Below are positions 22,245-30,436 of a stretch of 64,000 nucleotides of DNA, one piece after another (within the stretch, counting starts at the first letter, position 1; the number at the start of each line of letters is the position of its first letter). The position numbers and the translations under genes were made by a program. This DNA comes from Escherichia coli 042 (lineage in GTDB: Bacteria > Pseudomonadota > Gammaproteobacteria > Enterobacterales > Enterobacteriaceae). The stretch lies in the NCBI RefSeq assembly GCF_000027125.1, contig NC_017626.1. One strand, given 5' to 3'. The notes under the pieces were generated by a model. That model made no database searches. It was not told the origin of the DNA and saw nothing but the letters and a program-made list of their open reading frames with translations.

Positions 22245-24716
22245 TTAAAAATCAGCCTGATTCGGGATCAGTTTTTGCCAGATAACTGAAACGTATTTTG
22301 CCTGGTAACGGGCGTCATCAAGTGCATTATGGCGCTCACCTTCGAATGGAATAGCCGTTCTGGCATCGAAGTCTATGGCTTTCCCCAGCTCAACGATTGT
22401 GCGTACATCGCGATCGTTGTAGTAACGCCACGGGCAGGGGATCCCCTGCCGTTCGTATGAACGGCGCAAAATCGTGTTGTCGAAGTTGGCTCCATTTCCC
22501 CAGACCTGAACAAAAAATTCGCCGGAGTTTTCGTCGATAAATTCCCGCAATTGCAGCAGTGCATCATCTAACGGGATTTCATCGGTCAGAATGGCAGATT
22601 GCGCCTCCCGTGATTGCTTAAGCCACCATTTAATGGTGCCACGATCAATGACTCCGCCAGCAGTATCCATATCGATGGTCTTACTAAATTCCGGCCCCAT
22701 ATCTCCGGTTTGCGGATCGAAAAATATTGCACCTATTGAGATAAGCGGGGCATCGGGATTTTTTCCCATGGTTTCAAGGTCGATCATCATGTGGTGCCAC
22801 ATTCTGCTGGTGGATGTGATAACGTGATGACCGTTCATCGCAATTAAGGGATCTGCCGTCTCGCCAGTTTCACTATCGCTGGCGTGATCCTGAGCGCTAC
22901 CAGCATTCTCCTTGTGTGGATGTTCAGCGCCTTCCATTTCCTTCGGATCATTTTCCTGAACTTCAACCTGATTCTCTTCATCGAATGTTTCCTGGTATGT
23001 TGCGTCACCCATCACCGCGCCACAATCAGGGCAGTTGCCGCCACCGCTTTGACCGCAGGCGGTGCAGACTTTTTCCGGTTCCTGTTGCGCTACTGGCTCA
23101 GGTTGTTTCGTTTCTGGCTCGTTTTGTTGCGTATTTGGGCTGTTTTGTTCCGCTTTCTGGTCGTTCTGTTCCGATTCTTGCTGGTTCTGGTTTACAGAAT
23201 CGTGGGTTTCAATCCCCTTTACCCATTTCGGATCATTCGGGTCGCTAATCCCTGCAACAAATTCTCCGCGAGAGGCAGCAAGCAACTTATCGGCGTCAGG
23301 CTGGCTGATATTGGCTGCCTGCATAATTTTGTTTACTTCGTCAGCGGTAACTTTTACCGGCTCTGGTTGTGCGGTCGTGTCAGATGCACCAGTATTTTGT
23401 TGTGAACCTGAGTACGTGCCGTTTTTACGTGCGAAGTATTCCTCTTTTGTGATTTCCGTAGCTCCCAAGGCTAGTGCTTTTTCCAGACCAGAAAGTTTGT
23501 TTGCGCGACCGTATTTTTCGCCATCCTTGTCGGTGAAGAGGAAGTAGAACGGCCCCTCACGCTCTACAGATGGTTCGACTTCCACTTTGCATTCGGTTTT
23601 TTCGTTGCCCGGAATTGCCGTTTCCACTGCATCAGTTTCTGGTACTGGCGACGAGAGAGTATCAGTTGCGCTCTGATTTCTTCCTTCATCTTCAAACACG
23701 CCCTTTGTAGTCAGGTATTCAGTAATGTATTTGTTCAGTGCCACAGGGTCTTTGTGAATGTCGATCGGACGTTCACGGACAAGGACAAAAATAGTCTGGC
23801 GGTCGTAGCGAAGGGCATCAGGCTGTTTGCGCATTGATGCCGAGATACGCTTCCAGTCTTCGCGGTCGTTGTCGATAACTTCATTTTTTGCCCAGCGATG
23901 GATGCTGCCGTCAATGTTTCCGGCATCCACATCACCAGGCCAGAGAGCGTAGGCCAGTTCGTCATCCAGTGTTTTCCATGTCTGCTTGTATTCGCGATGA
24001 ATGGCAGCAATGACCGGGCTGATTTTTCCTGTTGAATTTTCAGTGTGCTGTTGATTGGTTCTGGCGCGGGCGAGATCAACAACAGACGTGTATTTTCCGG
24101 TTTCCTTGCGTTCACCTTCGCGACGTTTTTTCCAGATGCGCATCTCTGCCTGAATTTCGGGCCATTTGGCACCAGGCTTACATTTATGCTTAACCCACCC
24201 GATGGCATGCAGCTTAAGCTCCGGATACATGGCGTTAACTTCTGGCATTTTCATCAACGCTTCAACGATATGTCCGTCGAATGTTGCCATGTCTTCCTGC
24301 AACAATTCCTGTGCGCTAATAACCATATCAACGGTGATGTTTTCACATGTGTCGAACTTAACCATGACAGCGTTCTGTACTTCAGGGGCCAGCTTGTCAA
24401 AAGTGACGTTCATCGGATCTGATTCAGTCTCAACCGGGACAAAGGAAGCAGATTCCTCATCCCAGCGGTTTTCCTGCATATATTCAGCATCCCAGGAATC
24501 GAGGGCAGGGCGGGGTATACCGGGTTTATCCTCGCAGACAAGAAATTTATAAGCGCAGTCCTGAGCAGCCGGATAATGTTCCAGGAATTGCCAGTGAAAT
24601 TTTGCGCGGGCGCGACGTTCATCACCGGCTTCAATGGCAGTGGCTACAGCGACGGCACCTTCTTCCTTTATTGCCTGTTCGTCCGGAATGGCGGCGCAAA
24701 TAAAGACTTTACTCAT
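22245..24716 (-). CDS. large early protein with C-terminal DEDDh 3'-5' exonuclease domain (823 aa), central acidic/Q-rich linker and Cys4 zinc ribbon
   Basis: C-terminus has DLETMG ... GNGANFD ... HNALDDARYQ motifs (DnaQ-like exo I/II/III); CTACGQ...CPDCG zinc ribbon. Confidence 0.75.
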   Translation of the reverse strand: MSKVFICAAIPDEQAIKEEGAVAVATAIEAGDERRARAKFHWQFLEHYPAAQDCAYKFLVCEDKPGIPRPALDSWDAEYMQENRWDEESASFVPVETESDPMNVTFDKLAPEVQNAVMVKFDTCENITVDMVISAQELLQEDMATFDGHIVEALMKMPEVNAMYPELKLHAIGWVKHKCKPGAKWPEIQAEMRIWKKRREGERKETGKYTSVVDLARARTNQQHTENSTGKISPVIAAIHREYKQTWKTLDDELAYALWPGDVDAGNIDGSIHRWAKNEVIDNDREDWKRISASMRKQPDALRYDRQTIFVLVRERPIDIHKDPVALNKYITEYLTTKGVFEDEGRNQSATDTLSSPVPETDAVETAIPGNEKTECKVEVEPSVEREGPFYFLFTDKDGEKYGRANKLSGLEKALALGATEITKEEYFARKNGTYSGSQQNTGASDTTAQPEPVKVTADEVNKIMQAANISQPDADKLLAASRGEFVAGISDPNDPKWVKGIETHDSVNQNQQESEQNDQKAEQNSPNTQQNEPETKQPEPVAQQEPEKVCTACGQSGGGNCPDCGAVMGDATYQETFDEENQVEVQENDPKEMEGAEHPHKENAGSAQDHASDSETGETADPLIAMNGHHVITSTSRMWHHMMIDLETMGKNPDAPLISIGAIFFDPQTGDMGPEFSKTIDMDTAGGVIDRGTIKWWLKQSREAQSAILTDEIPLDDALLQLREFIDENSGEFFVQVWGNGANFDNTILRRSYERQGIPCPWRYYNDRDVRTIVELGKAIDFDARTAIPFEGERHNALDDARYQAKYVSVIWQKLIPNQADF

Positions 24717-24795
24717 TTTGTTTTACCTCATTACAGATTTAAGGGTGAACAAATCCCTGCCATTGCTGGCATATAAAAATGAAACTGGATATTAA

Positions 24796-24999
24796 TTACG
24801 GCGCTGTTTTTAATCCTGCCGGGATTTCGTTATTGTCCATGTGAATAACTTTATCGACCGGATAACAGTTGCCGGGAATTTTCTGTTCCGCTGCGGCAGC
24901 CATGCATTCTTTCATTGAGTTGTACATGCCGGTGATTGCATCAAGCGACTCACCAGTATTGAGATGTACAGTCAGAATGAGTACGAATAATGTGTTCAT
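24796..24999 (-). CDS. hypothetical small protein with hydrophobic N-terminus (67 aa)
   Basis: ATG preceded by GGAGAG; ATGA-type stop/start overlap with upstream ORF. Confidence 0.55.
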   Translation of the reverse strand: MNTLFVLILTVHLNTGESLDAITGMYNSMKECMAAAAEQKIPGNCYPVDKVIHMDNNEIPAGLKTAP

Positions 25000-25184
25000 C
25001 GCCACTCTCCGAAAATACCGAGTTTAAGAAGGGCAATTCTGGAGAGTATGGAATTGTCATTCAGCAGGTAGGGTTCATATTTTCTCATATTGATTGCATC
25101 CTCGGTGAAATCCCTGTTACTGAGCAGAACACCAATATTAAAGCACCCGTCAGACGTATTAACGTTTGGTAGTGACGTTTCCAT
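24996..25184 (-). CDS. hypothetical protein (62 aa)
   Basis: ORF with GAGGA Shine-Dalgarno, translationally coupled to the next gene. Confidence 0.5.
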   Translation of the reverse strand: METSLPNVNTSDGCFNIGVLLSNRDFTEDAINMRKYEPYLLNDNSILSRIALLKLGIFGEWR

Positions 25185-25194
25185 TATCGCGTCC

Positions 25195-25752
25195 TCAACA
25201 ATGAATTTTTAGCAATTGCTCCACAGTCATATTTTTAATTGCGCTCCGGTTTACAAGAGTCCATCCTTGTTTCTCCAGATAAAACCGGAAGGTATCCAGG
25301 GTGCAGACCATTGCGCCGTCAGGAACGGTTTCAGTGAATTTGATATTGCCGTGTTCGTCGAGACGGATAACCAGGGTGCGTCCGTCCCCGTGAATCATTT
25401 TGTCGGGAGACGGGGCGTTATTCTGGCGCAGTTCTGCTTCCATGCGGTCGAACTCAGCAATGTATGCCTCTTTAAATGCAGCGGCTTTTTTGCCAGTGAA
25501 GCCCATCACCAGGAAAACGAAGCCGTTTTTGGTGATTTGGTACATTGGGAGTTTGCGCCCGGTTGAGTCGGTGTATTCGCTTGACACAAAATTGTGCTCA
25601 GTGAATTTTGCTGAACAGTCCAGATTGCGAATTTTATCCAACACTCGTTCGTGGCGTTTGCCAAAGAACTCGGCGATCGCAACAGACGTAGTGACAGCGC
25701 GACCATTTTCGATGGTTACGTCAGGGTGAGAAAGGGTAAGGATAGTAGCCAT
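25195..25752 (-). CDS. rha: Rha-family phage regulatory protein (185 aa; internal ATG of listed 284-aa ORF)
   Basis: N-terminus TSVAIAEFFGKRHERVLDKIRNL...YQITKNGFVFLVMGFTGKKAAAFKEAYIAEFDRME typical of Rha domain; GGAGG 8 nt upstream of ATG at 25752. Confidence 0.8.
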   Translation of the reverse strand: MATILTLSHPDVTIENGRAVTTSVAIAEFFGKRHERVLDKIRNLDCSAKFTEHNFVSSEYTDSTGRKLPMYQITKNGFVFLVMGFTGKKAAAFKEAYIAEFDRMEAELRQNNAPSPDKMIHGDGRTLVIRLDEHGNIKFTETVPDGAMVCTLDTFRFYLEKQGWTLVNRSAIKNMTVEQLLKIHC

Positions 25753-25921
25753 GATGGCAGCCTCCGCGATGAATTTGATTAACTCACCACCGAGGTTTTC
25801 CACGACCATAAGGGTGGTGAGACGTACAGGGGTGGAAATACCGGTCATCACGGAACCCGGCCAGCCTTGCGGCTGCCCTGCACGCCCCACCATAATGCGA
25901 ATGTGGCTGTGCTTAACGCAT

Positions 25922-25946
25922 AAAAAAACCGCCTGAGCGCGGTTAT
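25922..25946 (-). terminator. intrinsic terminator on minus strand upstream of rha (tL-like)
   Basis: hairpin aaccgc gctcag gcggtt followed by T7 on minus strand. Confidence 0.5.
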
Positions 25947-26621
25947 GCGCCGTGAATGATTTCGGGTTTCCACGCCCGGCACCCGTTTTATGAGGTGCAG
26001 GTGCACTATAATTCCACCCGTTCTGGTTTTCAATAGCTACATTCAACATTTTCTCTACCTTTCATCACCGAAGTGAACTTTGTTGATGCGGTGCCTGGTG
26101 CCTCCAGGTGACGTTAACCAGTTAACAATTAACGTCGGATACAGAGCATTCCCGTTACGCCCGTAAAAGACCGCTTGTTTTAACTGTTCCGCGTGCGCTG
26201 AGCCGCATTCACCGCATCACAAAATTCACTTTAAAAAGGGCGGCAGAGCAGTCACGGAGTAGAACTGATACCGCCAAAAGTCACCAGAAAATTGATAACA
26301 GAGGGCGTTGCAGCGGAGTTGTCACTTAAGCGTATGGTCAACCTGACAACCCGGTGTCCTCAGCGGGGAAGGAATAACCCCGCCATACTTACCGCCGCGC
26401 CATTTCGCGGATTGCCACAACCGGAAGCGCACGGTCGAACTAAATTTAACGACACCGTACAGAGAGACCAATTTCGCCGTGCGCTTTCGCGTTATGCCCT
26501 GACTTTTCAGGGACATATCCTTTCAGTAAACTGTCAGTGCCGGATGCTCACCCGTGTCCGGCGCACGCACTCCACCTGACCCGTGGAGAACTCCTTAATT
26601 ACCAACCCTCAGGAGGGTGAA

Positions 26622-26900
26622 ATGGATAAAAAGCAAATTGAGGCCCTGCAATCTATTATTGAAAAACAAGATGAAGCTATCAGGATTCTTTCATATCGCA
26701 CTGATATGATACTAAATATGCTTTCTGCATTAACGGCTGCGCTTGGTGGTACAAAAACAAACGTATACCGCGAAGTTGTTATTCAACAGATAGATAAATT
26801 TGAAAAAACCATACCAGGTATTAATGCTCATCTTGCAGAACAAGAGAAAGACCATGCTCTTATGGCAATTTCTTCAGTAGCTCTCCCGAAAGTTGAGTAG
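26622..26900 (+). CDS. hypothetical coiled-coil protein (92 aa), opposite orientation to the leftward operon
   Basis: ATG with AGGAGG Shine-Dalgarno; AT-rich. Confidence 0.55.
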   Translation: MDKKQIEALQSIIEKQDEAIRILSYRTDMILNMLSALTAALGGTKTNVYREVVIQQIDKFEKTIPGINAHLAEQEKDHALMAISSVALPKVE

Positions 26901-27261
26901 TTTTAATTGTTGTTTTGAAATAATCACTGCTTTCACATTTGAGTGATTTCATGGCAATCCAAATGCGGGCCACTGTGCCTGCATTTGGTTCCAGTTGCTG
27001 TAGACGTTTTGCGTCTTCCAAAAGTAAGGCGATAATGTGTTTCAGCTTCTCATCATTTGCTTGATTCTTGTTTTCAGGCGAATTCTGTCCGCCGAATAGG
27101 CGCTTCTCTTCATACAGACCTATAAAGGCACGACGCACGTTACCGGATATAGTATCGATGGTTTCCTTTTCTACAGTACTCAGGTCAAGAGTCGCCAGTT
27201 GAGAGCGAACCACATTCGCTGCCATTTCCTGGAATGGCATTGGTAAATCTTTAAATTCCAT
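26860..27261 (-). CDS. hypothetical protein (133 aa)
   Basis: ORF with GAGG Shine-Dalgarno; 3' end overlaps the convergent 92-aa gene by 41 nt. Confidence 0.55.
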   Translation of the reverse strand: MEFKDLPMPFQEMAANVVRSQLATLDLSTVEKETIDTISGNVRRAFIGLYEEKRLFGGQNSPENKNQANDEKLKHIIALLLEDAKRLQQLEPNAGTVARIWIAMKSLKCESSDYFKTTIKTTQLSGELLKKLP

Positions 27262-27283
27262 TATTAGCCTCGTTGGTTAGCTA

Positions 27284-27502
27284 TTAACGTGGGTATGTAA
27301 CCATTCTGGCAATGCTTAATGCCGCTGCTTTTTCCAGCCTGGTGATATCCTGCTCCAGAGCGGACAGATTTTCAGCCTGCTTAGTCCTGGCTTCATTGGC
27401 CCATTTCAGATCCTGCACTGCATTAATTTTCTGGCGCATCCACTCATAAAGTTCATCATCGGTATAGTCTGGCGCGATGATGACGGGTTCTCGTTTCTGC
27501 AT
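27284..27502 (-). CDS. hypothetical early protein (72 aa), at the position of kil in Rac-type prophages
   Basis: ORF with GAGGA Shine-Dalgarno. Confidence 0.5.
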   Translation of the reverse strand: MQKREPVIIAPDYTDDELYEWMRQKINAVQDLKWANEARTKQAENLSALEQDITRLEKAAALSIARMVTYPR

Positions 27503-27531
27503 ACTGATTCCTCGCGGTGCTGTTTCGCTTA

Positions 27532-27660
27532 TCAGCCGTTAGATTTTCCCGAACTGGAAAGCGCCTGTTTAAATTCACTGAAGCTGAGAGCTTCTTCGCC
27601 TTCGGCAAGACCATCGAAGTATTCTTCGTAAGCCTTTTCCATGATTGTGTCGAAATCCAT
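27532..27660 (-). CDS. small acidic protein (42 aa), YdaG-like by size and position
   Basis: not in the >=60-aa track; found by manual translation. Confidence 0.45.
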   Translation of the reverse strand: MDFDTIMEKAYEEYFDGLAEGEEALSFSEFKQALSSSGKSNG

Positions 27661-27661
27661 A

Positions 27662-27817
27662 TCACTCACCTGAGTTTCTTTCCAGCCAGCGACGGGCACC
27701 ATTTTCGGTTTTAAACGTTTTGCTTTTGGTATACGTCATCGCGGTGAATGTGCCGTCCTGGTTGGGAAACACGCCGTACACCAGAGATTCGTTGTTGCCA
27801 AGCTCGATAGTATCCAT
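27662..27817 (-). CDS. small protein (51 aa), YdaF-like by size and position
   Basis: manual translation MDTIELGNNESLVYGVFPNQDG...; first gene of the leftward operon. Confidence 0.45.
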   Translation of the reverse strand: MDTIELGNNESLVYGVFPNQDGTFTAMTYTKSKTFKTENGARRWLERNSGE

Positions 27818-28013
27818 GCTGACCTCATTTCCCCTTAACGCCGGGTGGCGGAACTAAAACCTACAGCGCCGTGCTGTTCTTGATAGAAATATTAGTAACG
27901 CGGATATTTTAAGTCAACAGTATGGCGTATGATATTTTTGATTTGGTAACTATGTAAATGTTTTTTCAAGGGAAAAATATTAGTTATACAGCTGATTTGC
28001 AGAAGTTATGGCA

Positions 28014-28045
28014 CAAAAAAACCGACTAAGACGTCGGTTTTTTTG
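28014..28045. terminator. intrinsic terminator 3' of the repressor gene
   Basis: A7, hairpin ccgac taagac gtcgg, T7. Confidence 0.55.
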
Positions 28046-28070
28046 TTGTGGATGGGGTAGTGAGCGGTGG

Positions 28071-28532
28071 CTACTGGTTACGTTTCTTTAGTGCCAGCAT
28101 GTTCTCGAAGGCTTCCTCGTAGAGCTTGTTTAGTCCACGTAGCTGGTTAAGGAGTTTGGCTTTTTCTGACGCAGGTAGAATCTCGAAGAGGTTAAGTAAC
28201 TCTGCCTGTTCTTCATTGACCAGCCTCCATCCTTTGCCTGAAAAGTTATCATCATAAGTATCTGATGATCTTACATAATTCATTAAGTCTTTAAGGTCTT
28301 CTCGAATGTCCTCTGGTTTTACCTTTAACAGAGCCGCAAATTTTAGCGCAGCGTCGGTATTTACCGGTATCTTGCCGTTCAGATACTGGCTAACGGTGCC
28401 TTGAGATTCGAATCCCAACAACTCAGCCGCCAGCTCTTGAGTCAGCTTCAGCTCTTTTTTTCTTGCATTCCATGCGGCTTTTAAATTCTTGCTCGCTTCT
28501 GGAGTTGCAATCACTTCGCGTGTTTTTTTCAT
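28071..28532 (-). CDS. racR: prophage repressor, XRE-type HTH (153 aa), RacR-like
   Basis: HTH LTQELAAELLGFESQGTVSQYLNGK; divergent from a cro-like gene; Rac-like gene order. Confidence 0.75.
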   Translation of the reverse strand: MKKTREVIATPEASKNLKAAWNARKKELKLTQELAAELLGFESQGTVSQYLNGKIPVNTDAALKFAALLKVKPEDIREDLKDLMNYVRSSDTYDDNFSGKGWRLVNEEQAELLNLFEILPASEKAKLLNQLRGLNKLYEEAFENMLALKKRNQ

Positions 28533-28639
28533 ACATAGAGTTTATTTGTTTTACCAATATTATCAAAGATAGTCTGGCTATTGATCTTTAAAATTAGCGG
28601 GGCTAATATTTGCTCGAGGCATAACGTAGAAGGTTGGCT
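28533..28639. promoter_or_regulatory. divergent repressor/cro promoter-operator region
   Basis: AT-rich 107-bp intergenic region with imperfect inverted repeat atcaaagat-N12-atctttaaa between divergent HTH genes. Confidence 0.45.
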
Positions 28640-28915
28640 ATGAACTTAAGAGACTATTTAAAAGAGAAACATATCACCCAGCTACAGTTTGGGAAGCTAA
28701 CGGGTTTATCTCAGGTGCATGTAAGTCGAGTGCTGGGGGGCTATGAAAGATTCAGCCCTGAAAAAGCATTACGTGTTGCTGAAGTAACGAATTTCGAGGT
28801 TACACCTCATGAACTCCGGCCTGATATTTACCCGAATCCAACCGACGGCTTACCTGTTGGATTCAAGGCTAACACACCAAATGCATCGGAGTTGATTCAT
28901 GAAAATCAGGCATGA
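28640..28915 (+). CDS. ydaS: Cro-like HTH protein, YdaS-like (91 aa)
   Basis: HTH LQFGKLTGLSQVHVSRVL; GAAGG Shine-Dalgarno; first gene of the rightward operon. Confidence 0.7.
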   Translation: MNLRDYLKEKHITQLQFGKLTGLSQVHVSRVLGGYERFSPEKALRVAEVTNFEVTPHELRPDIYPNPTDGLPVGFKANTPNASELIHENQA

Positions 28916-29324
28916 GCACATCCGCATGGCGATGAATGCCTGGGCGCATCCGGACGGTGAAAAAGTTCCGGCAGCTGAAATAACCCGGGCTTATTTTGAG
29001 CTTGGTATGACGTTCCCGGAATTATATGACGACAGCCATCCGGAAGCCCTGGCTCGCAATACCCAGAAAATTTTCCGCTGGGTGGAGAAAGACACTCCTG
29101 ATGCGGTTAAAAAAATTCAGGCGTTGTTACCAGCGATCGAAAAAGCAATGCCGCCTCTGCTGGTGGCCCGAATGCGCAGCCACAGTTCAGCTTATTTTCG
29201 GGAGCTGGTGGAGACGCGGGAACGACTGGTGAGAGACGCTGATGATTTTGTCGCAGTGGCGATCGCTGGTTTCAACCAGATGAATCGTGGTGGCCCTGCA
29301 GGAAATATTGTGGCTGTGCATTGA
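28899..29324 (+). CDS. ydaT: YdaT-like protein (141 aa; Rac prophage YdaT family)
   Basis: MKIRHEHIRMAMNAWAHPDGEKVPAAEIT... recalled as matching K-12 YdaT; overlaps ydaS-like stop. Confidence 0.75.
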   Translation: MKIRHEHIRMAMNAWAHPDGEKVPAAEITRAYFELGMTFPELYDDSHPEALARNTQKIFRWVEKDTPDAVKKIQALLPAIEKAMPPLLVARMRSHSSAYFRELVETRERLVRDADDFVAVAIAGFNQMNRGGPAGNIVAVH

Positions 29325-29395
29325 CTCGCAATATTCATACCGGATCACTTCCGGCAATTTGTGAGTAAAAAGATTCGGTATCAGAAGAGGTGAGT

Positions 29396-30436
29396 ATGGC
29401 TAACGCCTGGCTCAGATTATGGCATGACATGCCAAATGACCCTAAGTGGCGAACAATTGCCAGGGTGTCAGGGCAGCCAATTGCAACAGTGATGGCAGTG
29501 TATATCCACCTTCTGGTGAGCGCGTCACGAAATGTCACGACATGTCACGGCGTGTCACTACGTGGTCACATTGATGTCACGACGGAAGATTTAGCAAGTG
29601 CGCTTGATGTGACGGAAGAAGTAATTGATTCAATTTTACAGGCAATGCAGGGGCGGGTACTTGATGGAGATTTAATCACCGGATGGGAAAAACGCCAGGT
29701 ACTGAAAGAGGACAATGGCAACGTTTCACAAACCGCGAAATCCCCGGCAGAGCGCAAGAGAGCGCAGCGCGAGAGGGAAAAATTACGAAAACAGAATGAG
29801 GGGTGTCACGACGAGTCACGCATATGTCACGACATGTCACGACGAGTCACGACAGATAAAGATACAGATAAAGAATTAAACCCCACACATAACGCGCACG
29901 TGCGCGAGAGTGCTCCGACCAGTGAGTCGAGTGGTACGCCGTTGCAGGCAGCAGAACCTGCATCCCTGGATGGACTGAGCGAACCCATCGGGAAATTTCC
30001 GATGGTCGATGACTGGCATCCGTCGCCGGATTTTCGACGACGGGCTGCGTTGTGGGGGATGGCTTTGCCGGAGCCGGAATTTACACCTGCTGAACTTGCC
30101 GCTTTCCGGGACTACTGGGCAGCGGAGGGGAAAGTTTTCACGCAGGTTCAGTGGGAGCAGAAATTCGCCCGTCACGTAAATCACGTCAGGGCGCAGGTTA
30201 AGCCAGTCAGCAAGGGGGTAAACCATGCAGCAGCACCAGGTGGCACCGCATCACGGGCAGTTCAGGAAATTCGGGCAGCACGTGAGCAGTGGGAACGTGA
30301 AAACGGATTTATCAGCGACGGAAACGGTCTGGAAGCTGTGGGAACTCATGGGGGAGGTTTATTCGAACCGCTGGACCCAGAAGAACGGGGCCGCACCTTC
30401 GAAGCTCTGGATTGCACAGATTGGCGCGATGACTGA
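29396..30436 (+). CDS. replication initiator, lambda O-like role (YdaU/DUF1376-like N-terminus), 346 aa; contains ori iterons
   Basis: AAGAGG Shine-Dalgarno; two internal iteron arrays; followed by a lambda P-like gene. Confidence 0.8.
   Translation: MANAWLRLWHDMPNDPKWRTIARVSGQPIATVMAVYIHLLVSASRNVTTCHGVSLRGHIDVTTEDLASALDVTEEVIDSILQAMQGRVLDGDLITGWEKRQVLKEDNGNVSQTAKSPAERKRAQREREKLRKQNEGCHDESRICHDMSRRVTTDKDTDKELNPTHNAHVRESAPTSESSGTPLQAAEPASLDGLSEPIGKFPMVDDWHPSPDFRRRAALWGMALPEPEFTPAELAAFRDYWAAEGKVFTQVQWEQKFARHVNHVRAQVKPVSKGVNHAAAPGGTASRAVQEIRAAREQWERENGFISDGNGLEAVGTHGGGLFEPLDPEERGRTFEALDCTDWRDD
29521..29585. repeat. ori iteron array 1: six GTCAC-core repeats at ~10-bp spacing inside the initiator gene
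   Basis: gtcacgaaatgtcacgacatgtcacggcgtgtcactacgtggtcacattgatgtcacgac. Confidence 0.75.
29801..29880. repeat. ori iteron array 2: five GTCACG repeats at 10-11-bp spacing followed by an AT-rich tandem cagataaaga element
   Basis: gtcacgacgagtcacgcatatgtcacgacatgtcacgacgagtcacgac then agataaagatacagataaagaattaaa. Confidence 0.75.

Noticed and set aside
22884-23547. Plus-strand ORFs (173, 110, 161 aa) inside the 823-aa exonuclease gene
   Set aside because: Overlap the low-complexity linker of the minus-strand gene; repetitive Phe/Leu/Cys-rich translations are antisense artefacts.
25753-26049. 99-codon N-terminal extension of the Rha ORF (listed ORF 25195..26049)
   Set aside because: Rha homology begins at the internal ATG (25752), which has a strong GGAGG RBS; the extension is Gly/Arg/Pro-rich with no RBS at its start.
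26292-26579. 95-aa plus-strand ORF (and 64-aa minus-strand ORF 26322..26516) in the long non-coding region
   Set aside because: No RBS, Arg/Thr/Gln-rich improbable composition; region treated as non-coding (see finding).
29521-29880. Possible CRISPR array (short direct repeats)
   Set aside because: Repeats are 9-10-bp iterons at helical-turn spacing inside a coding gene, not 28-37-bp repeats with unique spacers; no cas genes anywhere in the window.
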